DNA from: Elusimicrobiota bacterium
Lineage (GTDB): Bacteria; Elusimicrobiota; Elusimicrobia; UBA1565
Assembly (NCBI GenBank): GCA_043827405.1
Contig: JBDRPD010000087.1
Location: 53,023 to 117,022 of the forward strand
Reading direction: 5' to 3'
Length of the DNA stretch: 64,000 nt
This document shows, in pieces, positions 47,132-56,758 of the stretch (positions are counted from its first letter, which is position 1; each line of letters opens with the position of its first letter). The notes under the pieces were generated by a model. That model was given only the letters and a program-made list of their open reading frames with translations, did not search any database and had not been told where the DNA came from. The position numbers were made by a program, and so were the translations under genes.

Positions 47132-50029
47132 ATGCTCCAGCGACCAGGTATTTCTTTAACGAAAGGGCTGGCCGGGCTCATATGCGCGGCCGTACTCGCC
47201 GCCGCGCCCGGGCCGGCCTGCTACGCGGCCGTCGCCGTGGTGGCCCGAACCGCCGCAGGAACGCCGGTGGTCTCACCGGCCGGAGCGGCTTTGCTTTCCG
47301 CCGGGGCGGCGCCGACAAGCCTGAAGCTCGGCTCGCTGACGGGCGGGCTCAGCCTCAACAGCTCTCTCCCCGCGCTGCGGTTTAACGGCTCCGTAGCCAT
47401 CGCGCCCGAAGGCATGGTGCGCAGCGCCCTGGCCGTATCGCCGGTGGCGGAGCGCTCCGTCCTGAAAGAAGCTCAGCCGTCCGCGCCCGCCGGGACTCCC
47501 CTCTTGGGAACCCTCCTCAAAGAGAGTCCGCGCTTTACCCAGATCGCCGCGGACATCCCGGACATGCCCGCCGGCTCCGCGCACAGCGCCGGAATCTCGA
47601 TCATGGACCGCATCCTCGGACGGCATTCCCGTTTCGGGGCGGTCCCGGCCAAGTCCCGCCTGGCCGCTATCGGAAGCCTGGACGGATCTCTTCCGGCCGC
47701 GGGCGGACAGTTTGAACTCCAGCCCGCGCCGCTCGCCGGAGGCGTCCAAACCCCGCAGACCCCGCCCCCGGCGCCCGCGGAAACCCAGGAAGTCTTCAGC
47801 CCGGTCACCGCAGCGGGACAGCTGCTCGCGGGCCTGGTGCAGGCCGGATTGGCGGCAGGATCCTATTACTCCGCTTACGCCTATCTCGGCCACAGCGGCT
47901 GGCTCAACTACCTCGGAATTCCCATGTTCGGCGTGGCGGGATTTCTGGCCGTGAGCGCGCTGGGCTTTTCCATGCTCGCCATAAGAGTCGCGCTGTCGCG
48001 CAGCGGCGAGATCGAAGAGGGCCGCGCGCCCCCCATGGAAGCCCCCTACAGCTTCTACAACCTCAATGACATAAAGAAGATTCTGTTCACCTCGCCGCGG
48101 GGGACCGCACCGGTCTACATACCTGAGCACGCGACGCGGCCGCTCAAGTTCCACCAGCGCCTGCGCGGCAAGATGAAGGGATTTTTCGCCTACGCGCTGC
48201 AGGGCTTCTCGCATATCCGCTACGTGGCCATGGAGGCGGTCAGCGCGGTCCGCTCCCTGCTCGGCCTTTCCCGGCTGGTCGCGGACATGTATCGCGGCAA
48301 CCCGGAAGTGAAGCCCTTCGTCGCCAAACACAGGAAGCATATGCGCCTGCTGCAGGCCATCAACATCCTCCAGGCCGTGGCCGGCGTCGGGACCAGCTAT
48401 ATCGTCGGCACGCTGGTAGACGCCGCCATCGGCAGAAACGCCGGGTTCGCCATGCTCCTGGCCGCGGGCGCTATCGCCATCCCGCTGCTCAACGCCTACT
48501 CCAATGTGGTCTACAACTGGACCAAGAACCGCCTCAACGGCGAGGTGCTGCGGGATTTCCGCATCCACCTGTTCGAGCATGTCCTCAAGCTTCCACGGTC
48601 GTTCTTCCTCAAGGAGAAGCCCTCCGAGGTCGCGGTCAGAATCTCCGACGACGTAAACCAGGTCTCCGCCAAAAACATCGATATCCCGGCGGTGCTCCCC
48701 TACTACGCCGCGTTCGCGCTGGTTTCGGGCGCCATGATGATCATCACCAGCTGGCAGACGACTTTGCTCATGCTGGTGGCCGTCCCGCTGCTGGGCGTGC
48801 TTTCCTCCGTCTACGGCAATAAGGCCGAAAAGCTAAATGAGGCCGTCATGAACCGGCGCGCCCGGATGGTCGGATCGGCGCAGCGCTCCCTTTCCGATAT
48901 CCGCGATGTGCGCGGGTTCTCCGCCGAGGATGACGAGAAGGAGCTCTACGCCGAACGCGCGGACCGGTTTCTCGGGACCGCCCTGCGCAAGGAGCGGCTG
49001 GCCGCGATCTACGGCCAGGTCATGGAGCAGCTTTATCACTTCTCTTTCTATATCGCCGTGCTGTTAATCGGGCTGTTCTCCTTTATCTACACCGGCGCGC
49101 CCAGCGTCGGCCAAACCATGGCCATGGTGGGCTATGCGGGCTACATGCAAAAGGCCTTGTCGGGATTTATCGATCTCTACACCAGGTATCGCGAGACGAC
49201 CGGCTCCGCCAAGAAGATTTTCGACTACCTCAAGCAGCGCCCCGCCGTGGAGGATGCCGCGGACGCGATTTCCCCGGGAGAACTGGAGGGACGGATCACT
49301 TTTAAGAATGTCACCGTCGCGCAGGATGGGGCCCGGCCCGTGCTCCAGGATATTTCCTTCTCGGTCGAGCCCGGACAAAGGGTCTCCATCGTCGGGGAGG
49401 CCGGCGACGGAAAGAGCGCCGTACTCGACCTGCTCCTGCGGCTCAACGACCCCGACTCAGGAACGGTTTCCTTCGACGGCCTGGACGCGCGAAAAGTAAA
49501 GATGCGGGAACTCCGCTCCCGGATATCCATCCTGCATGACCAGGGCATTTGGAACGGCGATCGCACCATCCGCGAGAACCTGCTGTATGGGCTCGGTAAG
49601 GAGGTCTCGGACGACGACATCCTCGCCGCCGTCCAGCGTACCGGCGCGGGCAGCGTCCTGAATAAATCCCTATTTCCCGATGGGCTCGACTCGCGCGTGG
49701 CCGCCGATGACTGGCGCTTGGGCGGAGCGAGAAAGCGGCTGCTCGAAGTCGCCCGCGCCCTGCTGGCCCAGCCCCGCCTGCTGCTGCTCGACAATGCGGA
49801 ATCCGGGCTGAGCGACACCGAGGCCCGGCAATTGCGCGGGGCGCTCGCAGTCCTTATGGCGGGCCGGACGACCTTCACCGCGGAGAATCATATCGAACGA
49901 GCCGAGAGCGCCGACGTCATCCTCGTCTTGGACAAGGGGCGCCTCATTGAGCGGGGCACCCATAGCGAACTCATGGCGCTGCAGGGAATCTACTACCGGC
50001 TATGGAACTCCGAAGCCGCGAAGAAGTAG
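47132..50029 (+). CDS. ABC exporter (TMD+NBD) with a long exported-type leader and a degenerate ATPase site
   Basis: MsbA-like TMD; Walker A GEAGDGKS, signature LGGAR, Walker B LLLDN, ERGTH.EL....G.Y..L. Confidence 0.85.
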   Translation: MLQRPGISLTKGLAGLICAAVLAAAPGPACYAAVAVVARTAAGTPVVSPAGAALLSAGAAPTSLKLGSLTGGLSLNSSLPALRFNGSVAIAPEGMVRSALAVSPVAERSVLKEAQPSAPAGTPLLGTLLKESPRFTQIAADIPDMPAGSAHSAGISIMDRILGRHSRFGAVPAKSRLAAIGSLDGSLPAAGGQFELQPAPLAGGVQTPQTPPPAPAETQEVFSPVTAAGQLLAGLVQAGLAAGSYYSAYAYLGHSGWLNYLGIPMFGVAGFLAVSALGFSMLAIRVALSRSGEIEEGRAPPMEAPYSFYNLNDIKKILFTSPRGTAPVYIPEHATRPLKFHQRLRGKMKGFFAYALQGFSHIRYVAMEAVSAVRSLLGLSRLVADMYRGNPEVKPFVAKHRKHMRLLQAINILQAVAGVGTSYIVGTLVDAAIGRNAGFAMLLAAGAIAIPLLNAYSNVVYNWTKNRLNGEVLRDFRIHLFEHVLKLPRSFFLKEKPSEVAVRISDDVNQVSAKNIDIPAVLPYYAAFALVSGAMMIITSWQTTLLMLVAVPLLGVLSSVYGNKAEKLNEAVMNRRARMVGSAQRSLSDIRDVRGFSAEDDEKELYAERADRFLGTALRKERLAAIYGQVMEQLYHFSFYIAVLLIGLFSFIYTGAPSVGQTMAMVGYAGYMQKALSGFIDLYTRYRETTGSAKKIFDYLKQRPAVEDAADAISPGELEGRITFKNVTVAQDGARPVLQDISFSVEPGQRVSIVGEAGDGKSAVLDLLLRLNDPDSGTVSFDGLDARKVKMRELRSRISILHDQGIWNGDRTIRENLLYGLGKEVSDDDILAAVQRTGAGSVLNKSLFPDGLDSRVAADDWRLGGARKRLLEVARALLAQPRLLLLDNAESGLSDTEARQLRGALAVLMAGRTTFTAENHIERAESADVILVLDKGRLIERGTHSELMALQGIYYRLWNSEAAKK

Positions 50030-50033
50030 CGAA

Positions 50034-51560
50034 TTACTGGCTGTAGCGCTTATCGTACTCCTTCTTCAGGGCCTCGATCTCCTGCTTCGACAAACCCTTC
50101 TGCCACAGGTGCTCATCCTTTTCCAGGAGCGCATCGATCTTGGCCTGCCACTTCTCGCCCAACTCGGCGCTCTTGCTCTTCGCCGCCTTGACCACCGCCG
50201 GCAGGAACTTGTTGTAGAAGTGCTTGGACACTTCATACATGCCGTGCCAATGCGTATAATCCGGCCCCATCATGCTGGCGCCGTGACGGGCGCGCCGGCC
50301 TTCATGATGCCACAGCTCCCAGAACACCCACTGGACATCCTGCTCGAAGGGCGACTTCGGATTTAAGACGCCGTCTTTGGTGAGCTCGTCCATGATCGCC
50401 ACCGAGGGCTTGGCGAACTTCTCGTTATACAGGACCACCAGGCTGTCGAACTGCACATAGAAGTTGGCGACGAACGTTTCGCCGTGGCAGTTCCGGCAGG
50501 CGCCCTGCATGGCCTCACGGCGCTGCTCCCAGCGAATGATCTTCGCCGCCTTGCGCTCTACCGACTTGCTGACCAGGGACTCATTCTCCACCACCTTCTC
50601 GCTGGTGGCGACCGTATCGCCGATCTCGGGCAGCTTGCGGCTGTCCGGATAGTCTTCTTTATAGCCGTCGGCGTACACGACCTGGTTCAGCTTGGTGCTG
50701 ACCTTGGGCCGCAGCGTCCAGCTGATCCGCTCGCCGATGTCGTGCGAGTTGCCCTTCACCTTCCCGTCCGGAGTCATATAGGAGGAGACATGGCAGGTCG
50801 CGCAAGTCGGCGCGGCCGAGTAGTCGCGCCCCAGCACCCAGTCGCCGTCCTTTTCCAGCGCCATCTTGTCCCGGTTGCCGTAGAAGGCGATGCCGTGCTT
50901 GGATTCGTTGTAGATCTCGATCTGCGGGTGATCCGGGCCCAGGTGACATTTGCCGCAATTCTCCGGCGCCCGGGCGATCTTCGCCGCAAAGGAATGGCGC
51001 GAGTGGCAGGCATGGCAGGACCCTTTCGAGCCGTCGGGATTGAGCCGTCCCATGCCGCTATTGGGCCAGGTGTCGGGATCGATAACCGGCTTGCCCTTTT
51101 CGCGCAGCACCTTGCCCTTCGCGTCCTTCTGGTACTTGATGATGGTACCATGGCATTGCCAGCAGCCGTTTACCGCGTCGGCGATATTGCCGGGCATGCC
51201 CGCGACCTTCTCGGCCAGCACATTATCGAGGCTGGCGAGAATCTCGCCGGCCTTGGCGTGATGGCTGGTGGAGAACTCGTCGAACTGCGCCTGGTGGCAT
51301 TGCGCGCAGTCCTTCGGCGTCACGATCGGAGTGACCCATTGCCCGCCGTGCTGCCAGGCATCGACATCCTTCTCGTCGGCGCTGTGGCAGGTCAGACAAT
51401 CCAATCCCAGCTCAGCATGACGGGACTTTTTAAACTCCATGACCAGCGCGGGCGACCGCTTCTCATGGCAGTCGACGCAGCTTTCCGCCGCCGCCGGCTG
51501 GACGACGGCGCATAGCGCACAGGCAAACAGCAAAACAGCACTCCATCGGCTTACCGGCAT
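50034..51560 (-). CDS. Octaheme cytochrome c, hydroxylamine oxidoreductase (HAO) family
   Basis: Signal peptide from ATG 51560; eight CxxCH motifs; CH.GPDHPQ.EIY.ESKHG and GRR.RHG..M.GPDY..WHG motifs. Confidence 0.88.
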   Translation of the reverse strand: MPVSRWSAVLLFACALCAVVQPAAAESCVDCHEKRSPALVMEFKKSRHAELGLDCLTCHSADEKDVDAWQHGGQWVTPIVTPKDCAQCHQAQFDEFSTSHHAKAGEILASLDNVLAEKVAGMPGNIADAVNGCWQCHGTIIKYQKDAKGKVLREKGKPVIDPDTWPNSGMGRLNPDGSKGSCHACHSRHSFAAKIARAPENCGKCHLGPDHPQIEIYNESKHGIAFYGNRDKMALEKDGDWVLGRDYSAAPTCATCHVSSYMTPDGKVKGNSHDIGERISWTLRPKVSTKLNQVVYADGYKEDYPDSRKLPEIGDTVATSEKVVENESLVSKSVERKAAKIIRWEQRREAMQGACRNCHGETFVANFYVQFDSLVVLYNEKFAKPSVAIMDELTKDGVLNPKSPFEQDVQWVFWELWHHEGRRARHGASMMGPDYTHWHGMYEVSKHFYNKFLPAVVKAAKSKSAELGEKWQAKIDALLEKDEHLWQKGLSKQEIEALKKEYDKRYSQ

Positions 51561-51594
51561 ATTCCCCCTCCTCCCGATGCGCGGCGTGCTCGAA

Positions 51595-53949
51595 CTACCC
51601 TTTCTTGGCGAAGCGCTTGACCCAGGCGCGCACGACCTTGAGCTGCGCCGGGGCATCCATGCCGCCTTCCTCAAAGACCTTCTTCCAGTCGCCGCTGCTG
51701 AGGAACTCTCCCTTCTGGAAGGAGTGCATGGTATGCTCGGCGCCCGCTTCCGAACGCACCCAGCGCTGCATGGTCGGCAGGGTAAAGTCGGTAATCCCCA
51801 TGGCCGAATCAAACAGCGCCGAAGGGAAGATCTTCTCGCGCCGCGCCTTGGGCAGCATCCCGAAGAGCTCGGCGCTCGCCACGTAAAACACGTTGAGCTT
51901 GATCCCTTCCCGCTCAAGGACCGGCAGCACTTCGTAAACGAAGACGGTCGCGGCGCCGCAGCCCTGCAGGACGACGGTCGCCGGGGTCTTCGCCCGGCGT
52001 ATGGCGTAGACGCCCTGCGCCGCGGCCGCGGCCGGCGGCATGCCCATACGACGGCGGTCGGGGACTTGAACCGGCGGCCGCGGCACGAACGGACACAGCG
52101 CCGCCGGGCGCTTGGCGAGTCCCGCGGCGATCAGCGGCCACAACTCCTGCGGCTCCCAAGGCGTCAGCGTGATGAGCGACCCCTGCGGAAAGTTATTCTG
52201 CAGCAGCTGCAGCGGCTGCGGATCGGCATGCGTCGGGCCGTCCTCGCCGGTCATGGCGCCGGCATGGGCGTTGATCATGATCCAGGTATTGCGCGCCTCC
52301 TTAGTCGCCATGTGCCGCGCCCCCTGACCGATGCCGTGGAGACGCGCCGTGATATGCTGCAGCGGCGTGATAAAGGCGGCGTAGGACGAGGTAACGCCGA
52401 CATGAGAACCGAAAGTCGATGCGCCGGCCATCGCCCCGCCCATCGCGTCCTCGCAGATGCCGCCGACGGCCGTAATGCGCGCGTCGGGATTATTGCGGAC
52501 GTGATAGAATCCTCCCTTAAAGCCCTCGCCCATCTTCGACAAGCTCGTCGAACCCGTAAGATCGGCGGAACAGCCGATAAAGGCGCCCCGCGTGCTCCGG
52601 TTGAGGTAGCCGAGCGCGGCGCCGAGCGCGTCGCGCAGGGTCGCGTTCTTCCCAGGGACGAGCGTGAGCTCCTTGGGCGCCTTGGCCGGATTAAGCAATC
52701 CCTTCTTGTAGAGCCGTTTAAGCTCGGGCGCGCCCTGGCGGGGCTTGCGCTTAAGGCCCCGCAGCCGCTTCTGAGAAGCCGCGACCCGCTCGGCGGCCGC
52801 TTTCGCGAAGCCCGGCCGCGCGGCGATCACCCGGCGGAAAGCCGTCAGCGTCTCGAAGAAGGCGCGCTCGTTTTCAACGGCTCCCGACTCGGCGGAGAAG
52901 TGCGGCAGCTGCGCGTCGAAGCGCTTCTCGAAGTCCTCGACGGCGCGGTAGAACTCGGGCGAGCAGTAGCCGTGGCCGGCGCCGTGCGACTTGCGCCCCT
53001 CGATTCCGTAGCGCCAGCCCTTGACGGTCCGGTAGACGACGGCCGTGGGCTGGCCGTTCTTGATGCTCTCCGCCAAGCGCTGGGCCTCAAATACCCGCCC
53101 CAGGTCGTGGCCGTCGGCCGCGTAGACGACGTTCCAGTCATGCAGGTGCATCAGCTCCATCGGCGTCCACTGGACATAATCCCCCGGCTTGCCGTCCCAT
53201 GGGCAGACCTGATCGGAGTCGATGGAGCTCTGGTTCCAGTCGATATGAAGCATGAGGTTGTCGAGCCCGACAGTCGCGGCGGCGGCGATCGCCTCATGCA
53301 CGCGGCCGGGCGTCATACCGCCCTCGCCCTCGAGCAGGTGAATTCGCGGCGCCTTGACGCCGTAGGCGTCCCGCGCGCCCAGCGCGTAGCCGACGCCGAC
53401 GGTGACGCCGACCCCGCTGGCGCCGGTTGCGAACGGAACGAACGGCGTCGCCGGCGTCGGATGCCCGTCGAGCGCTTTGGATTTGAATTTCTTGAACAGC
53501 GGCGTCTCCTGGGTCGGGTTGCGCCGGAAGCCCAGCAGGTCCTCGAAGCGGAGCTGCCGTTTGACGTGCGGCAGGAGCTTCGGCCGCGCCAAGCGGACGA
53601 GCTCATTGCGCAGCGCCCACATGGCGTAGAGGCCGAGCGCCTTATGCCCGGCGGTGTAGCAGAGATGGTCGGCTTGCGGAGCGTCGGGATCAGAGAAGTC
53701 GTAGTCCATGCGCTCAAAGAGAAGCCCTTGAATGATGCGCGAGGACGACACGCTCCCTCCGGGATGCCCCGACTTCGGGACGAAATTGAACAGGATCGCG
53801 CACAGCGCGCGATAGGCGGCGTCGAGATCGTCGAAGAACGGCGCGCCGTGGACGGCCTTCGACCGCGCCTCATAGTACACGCCTCGACGCGGCTGCATCG
53901 GAGTCTTCTTCAAAGCATCGTTTCTGCGGATGGTCGCGGTTGCGGTCAT
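51595..53949 (-). CDS. Atypical full-length transketolase-like TPP enzyme
   Basis: SGHPGGS, AGH, DGHP, GEG..N, SADL..S, GICE.AM and GEDGPTH motifs. Confidence 0.8.
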   Translation of the reverse strand: MTATATIRRNDALKKTPMQPRRGVYYEARSKAVHGAPFFDDLDAAYRALCAILFNFVPKSGHPGGSVSSSRIIQGLLFERMDYDFSDPDAPQADHLCYTAGHKALGLYAMWALRNELVRLARPKLLPHVKRQLRFEDLLGFRRNPTQETPLFKKFKSKALDGHPTPATPFVPFATGASGVGVTVGVGYALGARDAYGVKAPRIHLLEGEGGMTPGRVHEAIAAAATVGLDNLMLHIDWNQSSIDSDQVCPWDGKPGDYVQWTPMELMHLHDWNVVYAADGHDLGRVFEAQRLAESIKNGQPTAVVYRTVKGWRYGIEGRKSHGAGHGYCSPEFYRAVEDFEKRFDAQLPHFSAESGAVENERAFFETLTAFRRVIAARPGFAKAAAERVAASQKRLRGLKRKPRQGAPELKRLYKKGLLNPAKAPKELTLVPGKNATLRDALGAALGYLNRSTRGAFIGCSADLTGSTSLSKMGEGFKGGFYHVRNNPDARITAVGGICEDAMGGAMAGASTFGSHVGVTSSYAAFITPLQHITARLHGIGQGARHMATKEARNTWIMINAHAGAMTGEDGPTHADPQPLQLLQNNFPQGSLITLTPWEPQELWPLIAAGLAKRPAALCPFVPRPPVQVPDRRRMGMPPAAAAAQGVYAIRRAKTPATVVLQGCGAATVFVYEVLPVLEREGIKLNVFYVASAELFGMLPKARREKIFPSALFDSAMGITDFTLPTMQRWVRSEAGAEHTMHSFQKGEFLSSGDWKKVFEEGGMDAPAQLKVVRAWVKRFAKKG

Positions 53950-53959
53950 AGTAACACCT

Positions 53960-55186
53960 CTAACGAGTGGACGGGAGAAGCGTCTTCTCCAGCTCCTTGT
54001 ATTTATCCTGCGCGGCGCGCATGAACTTCTGCCTCTTTTGGTTGTTGCCCGGGAAGAAGCTCCCCTTAAAACCGGCGATGACGATATTGCGCAGCTGGCG
54101 CCGCGAGAGCTTAAGGGCCTTCGCGACCAGCTCCAATTCCTTGGAAACCGTCGTATTGGAGATCAGGCGGTTATCGGTGCAGATACTCACCGGGATTCCC
54201 CATTCGATCATCTTGCGCACCGGATGCCGGGAGATTGAGGTGATCGCGGGATTGGTCTGCAGGTTGCTCGTCGGGCAGACCTCGATGCCGATACGCTGGT
54301 TGGCGATATAGTTGGCCAGATTCTCAACATACTTCCGGCGGTCTTTGATCAGCGGGTCCCGGATCCTGCTCTGGGCGAAGAGGAATGTCCCATGCCCGAT
54401 CCGGTTGGCATGGCATTCGGTGATCGCCTGGAAGATGGACTCCGGTCCATAGGCCTCGCCCGCATGCACGGTCTTGCGGATAAAGTGCTTGTGCGCGTAC
54501 TGGTAGGCCGGCCAATGGTCGATCGACGGAAAGCCGGCCTCCTCTCCCGCCAAATCGAAACCCACGATCGGCAGCCCCTCGCTCTCGACGAGCGCGACTA
54601 CGGCGCGGGCCAACTCAAGCGACGCCGCGGAGAAGACCTCCTTGCGGTTGGAGTGCGACATAATGCGGATGAGGTCGGCGAAATACGGCGACATGCTCTT
54701 GCCGAAGCGGCGCATAGCGCAGGCGATAACGCCGAAGCGGAAGGGCATTTCCTCCCCGGCCTTGACCGCACGGCTGCGGTTGTGGGCATTGGCCGCGGAC
54801 ATCAGCCCGCGCACCACCGCGCGCAGCACGTCCGGGGTGGATAGGTCCCGGGTCGTATGGAGCTGCGGCGCGAAGCGCACTTCAATATAGCGCACCCCTT
54901 CCTCGACATTGTCCTCGACGAGCTCGCGCCCGGCGCGTTCAAGATTCTCGGCCGTATTAAGCACGGCGCAGGTATAGGCGAAGCCGTGCAGGTAGTCGGG
55001 CAGGCTGCGGTACTTCGGCTTAAACACCAGCTTCTTGAGGCCTTCCTGGGAATAGGCCGGCAGCTTGACCTTCTCCTGGCGCGCCAGCTCGATAAGCGTT
55101 TTCAGGCGCAGTGAACCGTCGAGGTGGACGTGCAGGTCGGATTTGGGAATTTTACGGATGAAGTCGGAGGTAATGTTATCGCGCAT
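53960..55186 (-). CDS. add: Adenosine deaminase family protein
   Basis: PK.DLHVHLDGS, EVRFAP, DLAG.E, HAGE, RIGHG, CPTSN and TD motifs. Confidence 0.9.
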   Translation of the reverse strand: MRDNITSDFIRKIPKSDLHVHLDGSLRLKTLIELARQEKVKLPAYSQEGLKKLVFKPKYRSLPDYLHGFAYTCAVLNTAENLERAGRELVEDNVEEGVRYIEVRFAPQLHTTRDLSTPDVLRAVVRGLMSAANAHNRSRAVKAGEEMPFRFGVIACAMRRFGKSMSPYFADLIRIMSHSNRKEVFSAASLELARAVVALVESEGLPIVGFDLAGEEAGFPSIDHWPAYQYAHKHFIRKTVHAGEAYGPESIFQAITECHANRIGHGTFLFAQSRIRDPLIKDRRKYVENLANYIANQRIGIEVCPTSNLQTNPAITSISRHPVRKMIEWGIPVSICTDNRLISNTTVSKELELVAKALKLSRRQLRNIVIAGFKGSFFPGNNQKRQKFMRAAQDKYKELEKTLLPSTR

Positions 55187-55243
55187 AGTTGCTGATTATT
55201 TTAACCTTTTGCCCCCAAACAAGGCCAGCGTCAGGCTGCGGCC

Positions 55244-56752
55244 CTATGGGGAGTAGAGCGCGGAGAACTTCTTCTCCAAATACTGGAGCAGGGGCTCATG
55301 ATCCATGCCTCGCCCCGTGACCCTCCGGCACAGGTCATCGGCTCGATAGCGCCGACCATGGATATGGATGTTCTTGCGCAGCCAGTCACGGAATCCCTGA
55401 AACTCCCCCCGGCTCACTCGCGACTCCAGATCGGGGATGTCGGCCTGGGCCCGGGCATAGAACTGGGCGGAGTAGATATTGCCCAGGGTGTAGGTAGGGA
55501 AGTAGCCGATCAGGCCGGCGGACCAATGGACGTCCTGCAGGCAGCCGTTGGCCGGCCGGTCCACTTCCAGTCCGAAATACTTCTTGAAGCGCGCGTCCCA
55601 CTCTCCCGGCACGTCCTTGGGCTTGAGCTCGCCGTCGACCAGCAGCCGCTCCAGCTCGTAGCGCAGGAGGATATGCAGGTTGTAGGTGACCTCGTCGGAT
55701 TCCACCCGGATATAGGACGGCTGCACGATATTGACGGCGCCGTAGAAGTCATCGAGCGTCACGCCGGCGAGCTGCGTCCGGAATAGCCGCTGCGCCTGCG
55801 GAAAAAAGTAGCTCCAGAAGGGCAGGGAACGGCCGATCTGGTTCTCCCAGATGCGCGACTGCGACTCATGCATGCCCATGGAGGCGGCTTCGCCCGCGGG
55901 CATGCCGAACTCCGCGGCCTTATCGAGCCCCATCTCATAGAGCCCGTGGCCGGCCTCATGCATGCTGCTGAAAAGGGCGTCGATCAGGTTATGGGGCTTG
56001 TAGTTGGTGAGAATGCGGGTGTCGCCCGGCCCGATGCCGACGCAGAAGGGATGGGTGGTGACGTCGAGGCGCCCGGCATTGAAGTCGAAGCCCATGGCCT
56101 GGATCACCGACTCGCCCAAAATGCGCTGCCGCGCGACATCGTAGGGCCGCTCGATGATGGAGCGGTCCGGCCGCTTGGCGGCCCCGCGTATTTTCTCCAG
56201 CAGCGTCGTCAAACCCCGGCGCAGGTCCGTGAACACGCCGTCGAGCGCCGCGACCTGCGCGCCGGGCTCGTATTCGTCCAGCAAAGCGTTGTAGGGCTCG
56301 CCGCCGTAAGCCTCGGCCTTCTTTCTGACCAAAGCGAGAACCTTGACCAGCCAAGGCTCGAAGCGCTTGAAATCCGAGCGCTCGCGGGCGTCTTTCCATT
56401 GCTCATGGGCGAGAGCGGTGGTCTTGTTGAGCTCCTCCACCAGCTCCGGAGACAGCCTGGTCTGCTTGTCGTAGCGCCGCCGGAGCTCGCGGATGTTCGC
56501 GGCCTCCACGGAAGCGGGGCGCTTGGCCAGGTCGGACTCTTCGAGCTCGCCGAGGAGCTCGCCGACGCGCGGATCGGTGAACATGCCGTGGGCGAGCCGG
56601 GCCGCCTGGGACGTCATCTCCGCGCGATGGGCGGTCCCTCGCGCGGGCATATAGGTTTGCTGGTCCCACTCCAGAATCCCGCCGGTGGAGTGAAGGAGGG
56701 CGACCTCCTTCATCCGCCGCTTGAGCTCGCCGTAGGAGTTCGCCTTGGCCAT
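55244..56752 (-). CDS. Carboxypeptidase Taq (M32)
   Basis: WDQ.T.MP, HPF, HEAGH, HESQS, IRVESDE.TY, QDVHW and GYFPTY motifs. Confidence 0.95.
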   Translation of the reverse strand: MAKANSYGELKRRMKEVALLHSTGGILEWDQQTYMPARGTAHRAEMTSQAARLAHGMFTDPRVGELLGELEESDLAKRPASVEAANIRELRRRYDKQTRLSPELVEELNKTTALAHEQWKDARERSDFKRFEPWLVKVLALVRKKAEAYGGEPYNALLDEYEPGAQVAALDGVFTDLRRGLTTLLEKIRGAAKRPDRSIIERPYDVARQRILGESVIQAMGFDFNAGRLDVTTHPFCVGIGPGDTRILTNYKPHNLIDALFSSMHEAGHGLYEMGLDKAAEFGMPAGEAASMGMHESQSRIWENQIGRSLPFWSYFFPQAQRLFRTQLAGVTLDDFYGAVNIVQPSYIRVESDEVTYNLHILLRYELERLLVDGELKPKDVPGEWDARFKKYFGLEVDRPANGCLQDVHWSAGLIGYFPTYTLGNIYSAQFYARAQADIPDLESRVSRGEFQGFRDWLRKNIHIHGRRYRADDLCRRVTGRGMDHEPLLQYLEKKFSALYSP

Positions 56753-56758
56753 GCCGGT

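Noticed and set aside
51439..54024. 861-aa plus-strand ORF
   Set aside because: Antisense shadow of the transketolase-like gene; no motifs; expected in high-GC DNA.
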